Of a stretch of 64,000 bases of DNA, positions 23,085 to 39,301 are shown one piece after another. The stretch is from Chrysomallon squamiferum (lineage: Eukaryota; Animalia; Mollusca), in the NCBI GenBank assembly GCA_012295275.1, contig CM022677.1:1736001-1800000 (forward strand), read 5' to 3'. Numbering within the stretch: the stretch's first letter is position 1; each line of letters begins with the position of its first letter. Made by a program: the position numbers and the translations under genes. A model generated the notes under the pieces. The model saw nothing but the letters and a program-made list of their open reading frames with translations, was not told the DNA's origin and searched no databases.

Positions 23085-26000
23085 AAACATTGTCACTACA
23101 GTTTATAAACTTTCTTAGTGTGCTACTACTAAAAACATTGTCACTACACATTTATAAACTTTCTTAGTGTGCTACTACTAAAAACATTGTCACTACACAT
23201 TTATAAACTTTCTTAGTGTGCTACTACTAAAAACATTGTCACTACACATTTATAAACTTTCTTAGTGTGCTACTACTAAAACATTGTCACTACACATTTA
23301 TAAACTTTCTTAGTGTGCTACTACTAAAAACATTGTCACTACACATTTATAAACTTTCTTAGTGTGCTACTACTAAAAACATTGTCACTACACATTTATA
23401 AACTTTCTTAGTGTGCTACTACTAAAAACATTGTCACTACACATTTTATAAACTTTCTTAGTGTTAGTTGTCACTACACATTTATAAACTTTCTTAGTGT
23501 GCTACTAAAAAAAATTGTCACTACACATTTATAAACTTTCTTAGTGTGCTACTACTAAAAAAACATTGTCACTACACATTTATAAACTTTCTTAGTGTGC
23601 TACTACTAAAACATTGTCACTACACATTTATAAACTTTCTTAGTGTGCTACTACTAAAAACATTGTCACTACACATTTATAAACTTTCTTAGTGTGCTAC
23701 TACTAAAAAACATTGTCACTACACATTTATAAACTTTCTTAGTGTGCTACTACTAAAAAACATTGTCACTACACATTTATAAACTTTCTTAGTGTGCTAC
23801 TACTAAAAACATTGTCACTACACATTTATAAACTTTCTTAGTGTGCTACTACTAAAAACATTGTCACTACACATTTATAAACTTTCTTAGTGTGCTACTA
23901 CTAAAAACATTGTCACTACACATTTATAAACTTTCTTAGTGTGCTACTACTAAAAACATTGTCACTACACATTTATAAACTTTCTTAGTGTGCTACTACT
24001 AAAAACATTGTCACTACACATTTATAAACTTTCTTAGTGTGCTACTACTAAAAACATTGTCACTACACATTTATAAACTTTCTTAGTGTGCTACTACTAA
24101 AAACATTGTCACTACACATTTATAAACTTTCTTAGTGTGCTACTACTAAAAACATTGTCACTACACATTTATAAACTTTCTTAGTGTGCTACTACTAAAA
24201 ACATTGTCACTACACATTTATAAACTTTCTTAGTGTGCTACTACTAAAAACTAAAAACATTGTCACTACACATTTATAAACTTTCTTAGTGTGCTACTAC
24301 TAAAACATTGTCACTACACATTTATAAACTTTCTTAGTGTGCTACTACTAAAAACATTGTCACTACAAAAACATTGTCACTACACATTGTCATAAACTTT
24401 ATAAACTTAGTAGTGCTACTACTAAAAAACATTGTCACTACACATTTATAAACTTTCTTAGTGTGCTACTACTAAAAAACATTGTCACTACACATTTATA
24501 AACTTTCTTAGTGTGCTACTACTAAAAACATTGTCACTACACATTTATAAACTTTCTTAGTGTGCTACTACTAAAACATTGTCACTACACATTTATAAAC
24601 TTTCTTAGTGTGCTACTACTAAAAACATTGTCACTACACATTTATAAACTTTCTTAGTGTGCTACTAAAAACTTGTCACTAACATTTATAAACTTTCTTA
24701 GTGTGCTAACTAAAAACATAAACTTTCTTAGTTGTCACTACACATTTATAAACTTTCTTAGTGTGCTACTACTAAAAACATTGTCACTACACATTTATAA
24801 ACTTTCTTTAGTGTGTGCTACTACTAAAAAAAACATTGTCACTACACATTTATAAACTTTTCTTAGTGTGCTACTACTAAAAAAACATTGTCACTACACA
24901 TTTATAAACTTTCTTAGTGTGCTACTAAACTACTTTATAAACTTAGTGTGCTACTACTAAAAAACATTGTCACTACACATTTATAAACTTTCTTAGTGTG
25001 CTACTATAAAAAACATTGTCACTACACATTTATAAACTTTCTTAGTGTGCTACTACTAAAAAAACATTGTCACTACACATTTATAAACTTTCTTAGTGTG
25101 CTACTACTAAAAACATTGTCACTACACATTTATAAACTTTCTTAGTGTGCTACTACTAAAACATTGTCACTACACATTTATAAACTTTCTTAGTGTGCTA
25201 CTACTAAAACATTGTAAAACATTTACATACACACTTTTAGTAGTGTGCTACTACTAAAAACATTGTCACTACACATTTATAAACTTTCTTAGTGTGCTAC
25301 TACTAAAAACATTGTCACTACACATTTATAAACTTTCTTAGTGTGCTACTACTAAAAACATTGTCACTACACATTTATAAACTTTCTTAGTGTGCTACTA
25401 CTAAAAACATTGTCACTACACATTTATAAACTTTCTTAGTGTGCTACTACTAAAAAAACTTTCTTAGTTGTCACTCACACATTTATAAACTTTCTTAGTG
25501 TGCTACTACTAAAAACATTGTCACTACACATTTATAAACTTTCTTAGTGTGCTACTACTAAAAACATTGTCACTATAAACTTTCTTAGTGTTAGTTTGTC
25601 ACTATAAACTTTCTTAGTGTGCTACTACTAAAAACATTGTCACTACACATTTATAAACTTTCTTAGTGTGCTACTACTAAAAACATTGTCACTACACATT
25701 TATAAACTTTCTTAGTGTGCTAAAAAAACATTGTCACTACACATTTATAAACTTTCTTAGTGTGCTACTACTAAAAACATTGTCACTACACATTTATAAA
25801 CTTTCTTAGTGTGCTACTACTAAAAACATTGTCACTACACATTTATAAACTTTCTTAGTGTGCTACTACTAAAAACATTGTCACTACAAAAACATTGTCA
25901 CTACACATTTATAAACTTTCTTAGTGTGTCTAAAACATTGTCACTACACATTTATAAACTTTCTTAGTGTGCTACTACTAAAAACATTGTCACTACACAT

Positions 26001-29000
26001 TTATAAACTTTTAGTAGTGCTACTACTAAAACATTGTCAAACATTTATAAACTTTCTTAGTCACTACTAAAACATTGTCACTACACATTTATAAACTTTC
26101 TTAGTGTGCTACTACTAAAAAACACATTGTCACTACACATTTTTCTTAAACTTTCTTAGTTTCTTAGTGTGCTACTACTAAAAACATTGTCACTACACAT
26201 TTATAAACTTTCTTAGTGTGCTACTACTAAAAAACATTGTCACTACACATTTATAAACTTTCTAGTGTGCTACTACTTGTCACTACACAAAAAACATTGT
26301 CACTACACATTGTCACTTTTATAAACTTTCTTAGTGTGCTACTACTAAAAACATTGTCACTACACATTTATAAACTTTCTTAGTGTGCTACTACTAAAAA
26401 CATTGTCACTACACATTTATAAACTTTCTTAGTGTGCTACTACTAAAACATTGTCACTACACATTTATAAACTTTCTTAGTGTGCTACTACTAAAAACAT
26501 TGTCACTACACATTTATAAACTTTCTTAGTGTGCTACTACTAAAAACATTGTCACTACACATTTATAAACTTTCTTAGTGTGCTACTACTAAAAACATTG
26601 TCACTACACATTTATAAACTTTCTTAGTGTGCTACTACTAAAAACATTGTCACTACACATTTATAAACTTTCTTAGTGTGCTACTACTAAAACATTGTCA
26701 CTACACATTTATAAACTTTCTTAGTGTGCTACTACTAAAAACATTGTCACTACACATTTATAAACTTTCTTAGTGTGCTACTACTAAAAACATTGTCACT
26801 ACACATTTATAAACTTTCTTAGTGTGCTACTACTAAAAACATTGTCACTACACATTTATAAACTTTCTTAGTGTGCTACTACTAAAAAACATTGTCACTA
26901 CACATTTATAAACTTTCTTAGTGTGCTACTACTAAAAACATTGTCACTACACATTTATAAACTTTCTTAGTGTGCTACTACTAAAAACATTGTCACTACA
27001 CATTTATAAACTTTCTTAGTGTGCTACTACTAAAAACATTGTCACTACACATTTATAAACTTTCTTAGTGTGCTACTACTAAAAAAACATTGTCACTACA
27101 CATTTATAAACTTTCTTAGTGTGCTACTACTAAAAACATTGTCACTACACATTTATAAACTTTCTTAGTGTGCTACTACTAAAAACATTGTCACTACACA
27201 TTTATAAACTTTCTTAGTGTGCTACTACTTTACACATTTAGTGTGTGCTACTACTAAAAACATTGTCACTACACATTTATAAACTTTCTTAGTGTGCTAC
27301 TACTAAAAACATTGTCACTACACATTTATAAACTTTCTTAGTGTGCTACTACTAAAAACATTGTCACTACACATTTATAAACTACTAAAAACATTGTCTT
27401 TATAAACTTTCTTAGTGTGCTACTACTAAAAACATTGTCACTACACATTTATAAACTTTCTTAGTGTGCTACTACTAAAAATTGTCACATTGTCACTACA
27501 CATTTATAAACTTTATAAACTTAGTGTGCTACTACTAAAAAACATTGTCACTACACATTTATAAACTTTTTAGTGTGCTACTACTAAAAACATTGTCACT
27601 ACACATTTATAAACTTTCTTAGTGTGCTACTACTAAAAACATTGTCACTACACATTTATAAACTTTCTTAGTGTGCTACTACTAAAAACATTGTCACTAC
27701 ACATTTATAAACTTTCTTAGTGTGCTACTACTAAAACATTGTCACTACACATTTATAAACTTTCTTAGTGTGCTACTACTAAAAACATTGTCACTACACA
27801 TTTATAAACTTTCTTAGTGTGCTACTACTAAAAACATTGTCACTACACATTTATAAACTTTCTTAGTGTGCTACTACTAAAAAAACATTGTCACTACACA
27901 TTTATAAACTTTCTTAGTGTGCTACTACTAAAAAAACATTGTCACTACACATTTATAAACTTTCTTAGTGTGCTACTACTAAAAACATTGTCACTACACA
28001 TTTATAAACTTTTTAGTGTGCTACTACTAAAAACATTGTCACTACACATTTATAAACTTTCTTAGTGTGCTACTACTAAAAAAACATTGTCACTACACAT
28101 TTATAAACTTTCTTAGTGTGCTACTACTAAAAACATTGTCACTACACATTTTATAAACTTTCTTAGTGTGCTACTACTAAAAACATTGTCACTACACATA
28201 AACTTTATAAACTACTAAAAATTTGTCACTACACATTTATAAACTTAAAAACATTGTGCTACTACTAAAAACATTGTCACTACACATTTATAAACTTTCT
28301 TAGTGTGCTACTACTAAAAACATTGTCACTACACATTTATAAACTTTCTTAGTGTGCTACTACTAAAAACATTGTCACTACACATTTATAAACTTTCTTA
28401 GTGTGCTACTACTAAAAACATTGTCACTACACATTTATAAACTTTCTTAGTGTGCTACTACTAAAAAAACATTGTCACTACACATTTATAAACTTTCTTA
28501 GTGTGCTACTACTAAAAACATTGTCACTACACATTTATAAACTTTCTTAGTGTGCTACTACTAAAAACATTGTCACTACACATTTATAAACTTTCTTAGT
28601 GTGCTACTACTTAGTGTGCTACTACTAAAAACATTGTCACTACACATTTATAAACTTTCTTAGTGTGCTACTACTAAAAAAAAAACATTGTCACTACACA
28701 TTTATAAACTTTCTTAGTGTGCTACTACTAAAAACATTGTCACTACACATTTATAAACTTTCTTAGTAGTGTGCTACTACTAAAAACATTGTCACTACAC
28801 ATTTATAAACTTTCTTAGTGTGCTACTACTAAAAAAAAAACATTGTCACTACACATTTATAAACTTTCTTAGTGTGCTACTACTAAAAACATTGTCACTA
28901 CACATTTATAAACTTTCTTAGTGTGCTACTACTAAAAACATTGTCACTACACATTTATAAACTTTCTTAGTGTGCTACTACTAAAAACATTGTCACTACA

Positions 29001-32000
29001 CATTTATAAACTTTCTTAGTGTGTCACTAAAAACATTGTCACTACACATTTATAAACTTTCTTAGTGTGCTACTACTAAAAAACATTGTCACTACTACAT
29101 TTATAAACTTTTTCTTAGTGTGCTACTACTAAAAACATTGTCACTACACATTTATAAACTACTACTAAAAAACATTGTCACTACACATTTATAAACTTTC
29201 TTAGTGTGCTACTACTAAAAACATTGTCACTACACATTTATAAACTTTCTTAGTGTGCTTGTCACTACTAAAAACATTGTCACTAAAAACATTGTCACAC
29301 ATTTTATAAACTTTCTTAGTGTGCTACTACTAAAAACATTGTCACTACACATTTATAAACTTTCTTAGTGTGCTACTACTAAAAACATTGTCACTACACA
29401 TTTATAAACTTTCTTAGTGTGCTACTACTAAAAACATTGTCACTACACATTTATAAACTTTCTTAGTGTGCTACTACTAAAAACATTGTCACTACACATT
29501 TATAAACTTTCTTAGTGTGCTACTACTAAAAACATTGTCACTACACATTTATAAACTTTCTTAGTGTGCTACTACTAAAAACATTGTCACTACACATTTA
29601 TAAACTTTCTTAGTGTGCTACTACTAAAAACATTGTCACTTTATAAACTTTATAAACTTTTGTCACTACACATTTATAAACTTAGTGTGTCACTACACAT
29701 TTATAAACTTTCTTAGTGTGCTACTACTAAAAACATTGTCACTACACATTTATAAACTTTCTTAGTGTGCTTACTAAAAAAAATTGTCACTACTAAAAAC
29801 ATTGTTACTACACTACTATTTTGTCACTACAAACTAAACTTTTTAGTGTGCTACTACTAAAAACATTGTCACTACACATTTATAAACTTTTTAGTGTGTG
29901 TACTACTACTAAAAAACATTGTCACTACACATTTATAAACTTTCTTAGTGTGCTACTACTAAAAACATTGTCACTACACATTTATAAACTTTCTTAGTGT
30001 GCTACTACTAAAAACATTGTCACTACACATTTATAAAGTGTGCATTGTCACTTGTCACATTTATAAACTTTTTCTTAGTGTGCTACTACTAAAAAAAAAC
30101 ATTGTCACTACACATTTATAAACTTTCTTAGTGTGCTACTACTAAAAACATTGTCACTACACATTTATAAACTTTCTTAGTGTGCTACTACTAAAAACAT
30201 TGTCACTACACATTTATAAACTTTCTTAGTGTGCTACTACTAAAAACATTGTCACTACACATTTATAAACTTTCTTAGTGTGCTACTACTAAAAACATTG
30301 TCACTACACATTTATAAACTTTCTTAGTGTGCTACTACTAAAAACATTGTCACTACACATTTATAAACTTTCTTAGTGTGCTACTACTAAAACATTGTCA
30401 CTACACATTTATAAACTTTCTTAGTGTGCTACTACTAAAAACATTGTCACTACAGATTTATAAACTTTCTTAGTGTGCTACTACACATTTATAAACTTTC
30501 TTAGTGTGCTACTACTAAAAACATTGTCACTACACATTTATAAACTTTCTTAGTGTGCTACTACTAAAAACATTGTCACTACACATTTATAAACTTTCTT
30601 AGTGTGTGCTACTACTAAAAACATTGTCACTACACATTTATAAACTTTCTTAGTGTGCTACTACTAAAAACATTGTCACTACACATTTATAAACTTTCTT
30701 AGTGTGCTACTACTAAAAACATTGTCACTACACATTTATAAACTTTCTTAGTGTGCTACTACTAAAAACATTGTCACTACACATTTATAAACTTTCTTAG
30801 TGTGTACTACTACTAAAAAACATTGTCACTAAAAACATTGTCACTACACATTTATAAACTTTCTTAGTGTGCTACTACTAAAAACATTGTCACTACACAT
30901 TTATAAACTTTCTTAGTGTGCTACTACTAAAAACATTGTCACTACACATTTATAAACTTTCTTAGTGTGCTACTACTAAAAACATTGTCACTACACATTT
31001 ATAAACTTTCTTAGTGTGCTACTACTAAAAACATTGTCACTACACATTTATAAACTTTCTTAGTGTGCTACTACTAAAAACATTGTCACTACACATTTAT
31101 AAACTTTCTTAGTGTGCTACTACTAAAAACATTGTCACTACACATTTATAAACTTTCTTAGTGTGCTACTACTAAAAACATTGTCACTACACATTTATAA
31201 ACTTTCTTAGTGTGCTACTACTAAAAACATTGTCACTACACATTTATAAACTAGTAAAAACTAAAAACATTGTCACTACACATTTATAAACTTTCTTAGT
31301 GTGCTACTACTAAAAAAACATTGTCACTACACATTTATAAACTTTCTTAGTGTGCTACTACTAAAAACATTGTCACTACACATTTATAAACTTTCTTAGT
31401 GTGCTACTACTAAAAACATTGTCACTACACATTTATAAACTTTCTTAGTGTGCTACTACTAAAAACATTGTCACTACACATTTATAAACTTTCTTAGTGT
31501 GCTACTACTAAAAACATTGTCACTACACATTTATAAACTTTCTTAGTTTATAAACTTTCTTAGTGTGCTACTACTAAAAACATTGTCACTACACATTTAT
31601 AAACTTTCTTAGTGTGCTACTACTAAAAACATTGTCACTACACATTTATAAACTTTCTTAGTGTGCTACTACTAAAAACATTGTCACTACACATTTATAA
31701 ACTTTCTTAGTGTGCTACTACTAAAAACATTGTCACTACACATTTATAAACTTTCTTAGTGTGCTTACTACTAAAAACATTGTCTAAAAACATTTATAAA
31801 CTATAAACTTTCTTAGTGTGCTACTACTAAAAACATTGTCACTACACATTTATAAACTTTCTTAGTGTGCTACTACTAAAAACATTGTCACTACACATTT
31901 ATAAACTTTCTTAGTGTGCTACTACTAAAAAAATTGTCACTACACATTTATAAACTTTTCTTAGTGTGCTACTACTAAAAAAATTGTCACTACACATTTA

Positions 32001-35000
32001 TAAACTTTCTTAGTGTGCTACTACTAAAAACATTGTCACTACACATTTATAAACTTTCTTAGTGTGCTACTACTAAAAACATTGTCACTACACATTTATA
32101 AACTTTCTTAGTGTGCTACTACTAAAAACATTGTCACTACACATTTATACACTTTCTTAGTGTGCTACTACTAAAAACATTGTCACTACACATTTATAAA
32201 CTTTCTTAGTGTGCTACTACTAAAAACATTGTCACTACACATTTATAAACTTTCTTAGTGTGCTACTACACATTGTACTACTAAAAAAAACATTGTCACT
32301 ACACATTTATAAACTTTCTTAGTGTGCTACTACTAAAAAAAAAAACATTGTCACTACACATTTATAAACTTTCTTAGTGTGCTACTACTAAAAACATTGT
32401 CACTACACATTTATAAACTTTCTTAGTGTGCTACTACTAAAAACATTGTCACTACACATTTATAAACTTTCTTAGTGTGCTACTACTAAAAACATTGTCA
32501 CTACACATTTATAAACTTTCTTAGTGTGCTACTACTAAAAACATTGTCACTACACATTTATAAACTTTCTTAGTGTGTGCTACTACTAAAAACATTGTCA
32601 CTACACATTTATAAACTTTCTTAGTGTGCTACTACTAAAAACATTGTCACTACACATTTATAAACTTTCTTAGTGTGCTACTACTAAAAACATTGTCACT
32701 ACACATTTATAAACTTTCTTAGTGTGCTACTACTAAAAACATTGTCACTACACATTTATAAACTTTCTTAGTGTGCTACTACTAGAAACATTGTCACTAC
32801 ACATTTATAAACTTTCTTAGTGTGCTACTACTAAAAACATTGTCACTACACATTTATAAACTTTCTTAGTGTGCTACTACTAAAACATTGTCACTACTTT
32901 AAAAACATTGTCACTACTACTAAAACATTGTCACTTTCTTAGTGTGCTACTACTAAAAACATTGTCACTACACATTTATAAACTTTCTTAGTGTGCTACT
33001 ACTAAAAAAACATTGTCACTACACATTTATAAACTTTCTTAGTGTGCTACTACTAAAAACATTGTCACTACACATTTATAAACTTTCTTAGTGTGCTACT
33101 ACTAAAACATTGTCACTACACATTTATAAACTTTCTTAGTGTGCTACTACTAAAAACATTGTCACTACACATTTATAAACTTTCTTAGTGTGCTACTACT
33201 AAAAAAATTGTTGTCACTACACATTTATAAACTTTCTTAGTGTGCTACTACTAAAAAACACACATTGTCACTTTCTTACATTGTCATTTTATAAACTTTC
33301 TTAGTGTGCTACTACTAAAAACATTGTCACTACACATTTATATAAACTTTCTTAGTGTGCTACTACTAAAAACATTGTCACTACACATTTATAAACTTTC
33401 TTAGTGTGCTACTACTAAAAACATTGTCACTACACATTTATAAACTTTCTTAGTGTGCTACTACTAAAAAAAACATTGTCACTACACATTTATAAACTTT
33501 CTTAGTGTGCTACTACTAAAAACATTGTCACTACACATTTATAAACTTTCTTAGTGTGCTACTATAAAAACATTGTCACTACACATTTATAAACTTTCTT
33601 AGTGTGCTACTACTAAAAACATTGTCACTACACATTTATAAACTTTCTTAGTGTGCTACTACTAAAAACATTGTCACTACACATTTATAAACTTTCTTAG
33701 TGTGCTACTACTAAAAACATTGTCACTACACATTTATAAACTTTCTTAGTGTGCTACTACTAAAAACATTGTCACTACACATTTATAAACTTTCTTAGTG
33801 TGCTACTACTAAAAACATTGTCACTACACATTTATAAACTTTCTTAGTGTGCTACTACTAAAAACATTGTCACTACACATTTATAAACTTTCTTAGTGTG
33901 CTACTACTAAAAACATTGTCACTACACATTTATAAACTTTCTTAGTGTGCTACTACTAAAAAAAACATTGTCACTACACATTTATAAACTTTCTTAGTGT
34001 GCTACTACTAAAAACATTGTCACTACACATTTATAAACTTTCTTAGTGTGCTACTACTAAAAAAAAACATTGTCACTACACATTTATAAACTTTCTTAGT
34101 GTGCTACTACTAAAAACATTGTCACTACACATTTATAAACTTTCTTAGTGTGCTACTACTAAAAACATTGTCACTACACACATTTATAAACTTTCTTTAG
34201 TGTGCTACTACTAAAAAACATTGTCACTACACATTTATAAACTTTCTTAGTGTGCTACTACTAAAAACATTGTCACTACACATTTATAAACTTTCTTAGT
34301 GTGCTACTACTAAAAAACATTGTCACTACACATTTATAAACTTTCTTAGTGTGCTACTACTAAAAACATTGTCACTACACATTTATAAACTTTCTTAGTG
34401 TGCTACTACTAAAAAACATTGTCACTACACATTTATAAACTTTCTTAGTGTGCTACTACTAAAAACATTGTCACTACACATTTATAAACTTTCTTAGTGT
34501 GCTACTACTAAAAAAACATTGTCACTACACATTTATAAACTTTCTTAGTGTGCTACTACTAAAAACATTGTCACTACACATTTATAAACTTTCTTAGTGT
34601 GCTACTACTAAAAACATTGTCACTACACATTTATAAACTTTCTTAGTGTGCTACTACTAAAAACATTGTCACTACACATTTATAAACTTTCTTAGTGTGC
34701 TACTACTAAAAAACATTGTCACTACACATTTATAAACTTTCTTAGTGTGTGCTACTACTAAAAACATTGTCACTACACATTTATAAACTTTCTTAGTGTG
34801 CTACTACTAAAAAACATTGTCACTACACATTTATAAACTTTCTTAGTGTGCTACTACTAAAAAAACATTGTCACTACACATTTATAAACTTTCTTAGTGT
34901 GCTACTACTAAAAACATTGTCACTACACATTTATAAACTTTCTTAGTGTGCTACTACTAAAAACATTGTCACTACACATTTATAAACTTTCTTAGTGTGC

Positions 35001-36920
35001 TACTACTAAAAACATTGTCACTACACATTTATAAACTTTCTTAGTGTGCTACTACTAAAAACATTGTCACTACACATTTATAAACTTTCTTAGTGTGTGC
35101 TACTACTAAAAACATTGTCACTACACATTTTATAAACTTTTAGTGTACACACATTTATAAACTTTCTTAGTGTACTACTACTAAAAACATTGTCACTACA
35201 CATTTATAAACTTTCTTAGTGTGCTACTACTAAAAACATTGTCACTACACATTTATAAACTTTCTTAGTGTGCTACTACTAAAAACATTGTCACTACACA
35301 TTTATAAACTTTCTTAGTGTGCTACTACTAAAAACATTGTCACTACACTTTTATAAACTTTCTTAGTGTGCTACTACTAAAAACATTGTCACTACACATT
35401 TATAAACTTTCTTAGTGTGCTACTACTAAAAACATTGTCACTACACATTTATAAACTTTCTTAGTGTGCTACTACTAAAAACATTGTCTACACAAAAAAT
35501 TGTCTTACTACTAAAAACATTGTCACTACACATTTATAAACTTTCTTAGTGTGCTACTACTAAAAACATTGTCACTACACATTTATAAACTTTCTTAGTG
35601 TGCTACTACTAAAAACATTGTCACTACACATTTATAAACTTTCTTAGTGTGCTACTACTAAAAACATTGTCACTACACATTTATAAACTTTCTTAGTGTG
35701 CTACTACTAAAAACATTGTCACTACACATTTATAAACTTTCTTAGTGTGCTACTACTAAAAAACATTGTCACTACACATTTATAAACTTTCTTAGTGTGC
35801 TACTACTAAAAACATTGTCACTACACATTTATAAACTTTCTTAGTGTGCTACTACTAAAAACATTGTCACTACACATTTATAAACTTTCTTAGTGTGCTA
35901 CTACTAAAAAAAAATTGTCACTACACATTTATAAACTTTCTTAGTGTGCTACTACTAAAAACATTGTCACTACACATTTATAAACTTTCTTAGTGTGCTA
36001 CTACTAAAACATTGTCACTACACATTTATGTCACTGTGCTACTACTAAAACACACATTTTATAAACTTTCTTAGTGTGCTACTACTAAAAACATTGTCAC
36101 TACACATTTATATAAACTTTCTTAGTGTGCTACTACTAAAAAAACATTGTCACTACACATTTATAAACTTTCTTAGTGTGCTACTACTAAAAAACATTGT
36201 CACTACACATTTATAAACTTTCTTAGTGTGCTACTACTAAAAAACATTGTCACTACACATTTATAAACTTTCTTTAGTGTGCTACTACTAAAAACATTGT
36301 CACTACACATTTATAAACTTTCTTAGTGTGCTACTACTAAAACATTGTCACTACACATTTATAAACTTTCTTAGTGTGCTACTACTAAAAACATTGTCAC
36401 TACACATTTATAAACTTTCTTAGTGTGCTACTACTAAAAACATTGTCACTACACATTTATAAACTTTCTTAGTGTGCTACTACTAAAAACATTGTCACTA
36501 CACATTTATAAACTTTCTTAGTGTGCTACTACTAAAACATTGTCACTACACATTTATAAACTTTCTTAGTGTGCTACTACTAAAAACATTGTCACTACAC
36601 ATTTATAAACTTTCTTAGTGTGCTACTACTAAAAACATTGTCACTACACATTTATAAACTTTCTTAGTGTGCTACTACTAAAAACATTGTCACTACACAT
36701 TTATAAACTTTCTTAGTGTGCTACTACTAAAAACATTGTCACTACACATTTATAAACTTTCTTAGTGTGCTACTACTAAAAACATTGTCACTACACATTT
36801 ATAAACTTTCTTAGTGTGCTACTACTAAAAACATTGTCACTACACATTTATAAACTTTCTTAGTGTGCTACTACTAAAACATTGTCACTACACATTATGT
36901 TTATAAACTTTCTTAGTGTA
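23085..36920 (+). repeat. 49-bp satellite DNA array, ~13.8 kb, roughly 280 monomers
   Basis: Monomer ACATTGTCACTACACATTTATAAACTTTCTTAGTGTGCTACTACTAAAA. Very homogeneous, with variable A-run length and local scrambles. Confidence 0.98.
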
Positions 36921-36949
36921 TGTTTATATGTACTAATTGTCACTAATAG

Positions 36950-37377
36950 TTTATCATGTTTGTATGTATGTGTATGTATGTTGACATGTATGTTGTATGT
37001 TTCTGTGTGTATGTATGTATGTTTCTATGTATGTATGTATGTTCTATGTTTGTATGTATGTTTCTATATGTATGTATGTATGTTTATGTATGTATTCTAT
37101 GTATGTATGTTTGTATGTATGTATGTATGTATGTTTCTATGTATGTTTCTGTGTATGTATGTATGTTTGTATGTATGTATGTATGTTTCTATATGTTTGT
37201 ATGTATGTATGTATGTTTGTATGTGTGTTATGTATGTGTGAGTATGTATGTATGTGTGTTCTGTGTATGTATGTATATATGTATGTATGTATGTATGCAT
37301 ACACAAATGTTATGTGTGATTAGATGTGTGAGTATCTATCTCTCTCTGTCTCTCCTTGTATATAGTGTACAGATGTG

Positions 37378-37429
<52 letters not shown>

Positions 37430-37434
37430 GTGTG

Positions 37435-37490
<56 letters not shown>

Positions 37491-37500
37491 TCCTGTGTGT
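36950..37500 (+). repeat. Compound (TATG)n/(TG)n microsatellite at the satellite border
   Basis: Direct inspection. Confidence 0.9.
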
Positions 37501-37711
37501 GTTTGCTTATCCTGCAAGTAGCTTACCTAATGGCAATCTTACAGACTATAAATCCATTTTCTTTGTTTTGAGAAAAATGACTATTTCTGCACTGGAGTTT
37601 ATAACGTTATGAAACGAACGTCTACAGTCTACTGCGTAGATCAGTGGCGGATATAGAATTTTGGGGAATATACATACATTGATACAGAGATAGATAAACA
37701 GACAGATATTG

Positions 37712-37752
<41 letters not shown>

Positions 37753-37841
37753 TGTGTGTTTAAGAAAGACATTTAGATATGTGTGTGTTTGAGCGTATTT
37801 ATATGTTTAAGAACGTTTGAATACATGTATTTGTGTGTGTG

Positions 37842-37889
<48 letters not shown>

Positions 37890-37900
37890 CGGGTGTACGT

Positions 37901-38946
37901 ATATAGTGGACTCTGTCAAAAGTGGATTCATTTGGGACCAACCATAAGTGACGTTTTAGACACAGAGCCGGCATACAAAAATTAAATATATGTACTTATA
38001 AAAATTAAAATAACACGAAATATATTTTATTCCTAATGTTATTGTTAAGCGTCTATCAAGTGTCAACTCAGAAACAGTCTGTCATCGATGACTGCGTTTT
38101 TTTCTTGTTTTTTTTTCTACTTTTTTTTCATATTTCTCTCAAAAACAAACTTCTCTGTCATGACCTCCATATTTAAAATTCTGGTTTCGGTAGCAGCAAC
38201 GAAAGATTTAATTTGTTTTATCATTTTAAGAATATCAGTGTAAGAAATTTCGATCACTGGGTTACTGTGTGTGTCATCAGTCCATTGAGATTTTTTGATT
38301 TGTCGGTCGTCACTCTTTGCCAAAATATCAGTTTCGTACAACTGTTGGTAATGGTCACTAAGTTTTATAATATCAAATATTTCCTGTCTTCATATTTTAA
38401 ATTTCATTGCCAGGGTCTTAGTATTGACCCGCGGAAAAGTTTAGTCTCTTCTATTTATTTATTTATTTATTTATTTATTATTTGAAACACATTACCTGAA
38501 AGTTGAATCTATCGATACATTTTGCCTCCATTTTGTCCAACGATCTCCAGAAAACATTCTGCGATCAATCAGTGGACTTTTGTTATTTCTGTCAAATGTA
38601 TTGTTTACTGTTGTGATTAGAGTTTGACAATAAACACAGTTCTTCTAAACATGTATACAAATTAATTTAATTGAGATTCACACGATAAATGACATAATGG
38701 CTTTAACAAGGTCTGTATACAGTACTTTGCTAACAGCGCTTTTGTATTAGAAACAAAACATCGATGTATGTAATTTGATGTTTAATTTTATGTTTGTGAC
38801 AATAGCGTGGCATTTGAAAGTTCGATACTTTGCCGTTTTTTAGGTCGCTTTGCGATGAATTCAATAAAAGAAAGCATATGTGCGTCATACATATTTATAT
38901 AGACCTCTGCTTTTGACACTTACTCTAAATGAGTGAATTCACTTAG
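37901..38946 (-). mobile_element. Degenerate pogo/Tigger-like DNA transposon relic
   Basis: Minus-strand remnant ends ..ISYTDILKMIKQIKSFV..KKKTQSSMTDCF*, resembling the KQxSITDFF C-terminus of Tigger transposases. A TATAGTGGACTCTG TIR-like end lies at ~37902, and 38860-38946 has a diverged inverted copy at ~63194-63285. Confidence 0.45.
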
Positions 38947-38993
38947 GTGTTAACAGACTAATAATGTTCTTGTTCATTTAGCTGTGTAAAGGG

Positions 38994-39301
38994 CATAGGT
39001 TTTCAACCTAAGGGTCATGACCTCTAGAGGGCTCGCCAGACTTTTTTCTGGGGGTCGCGAGATCGTTCTTGAGCAATGGTATGTTTTAGTTTTTTTCAAC
39101 TTGACTTGGAAGGAGGAATAAATAAAAACGTGTAGATTGGTTTGGGACCCGTCATAGTGAATATAGATTCCTTTTGTACTGACTTTGGTTGATGAAAATA
39201 TGGTAACACTACATATTATTGAATCAAACATTTTAAAGGGGTCTTCGCTCATACTGAGTTCCTCATAAGGGTCAAGGTATGATAAAGGTTGAAAACCAGT
39301 G
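38994..39301. mobile_element. Non-autonomous hAT (Charlie-like) MITE, 308 bp
   Basis: TIRs CATAGGTTTTCAACCT / AGGTTGAAAACCAGTG (14/16 match), internal GGGGTCGC-type motifs, and 8-bp flanks GTAAAGGG / GTATAGAG (6/8 match). Confidence 0.7.

Noticed and set aside
23085-36920. CRISPR-like array
   Set aside because: Head-to-tail monomers with no unique spacers, eukaryotic context and no cas genes.
36882-37612. Cys/Met/Tyr/Val-rich ORFs and the many RERE/LSLS/THTH/poly-L ORFs across the window
   Set aside because: Translations of simple repeats.
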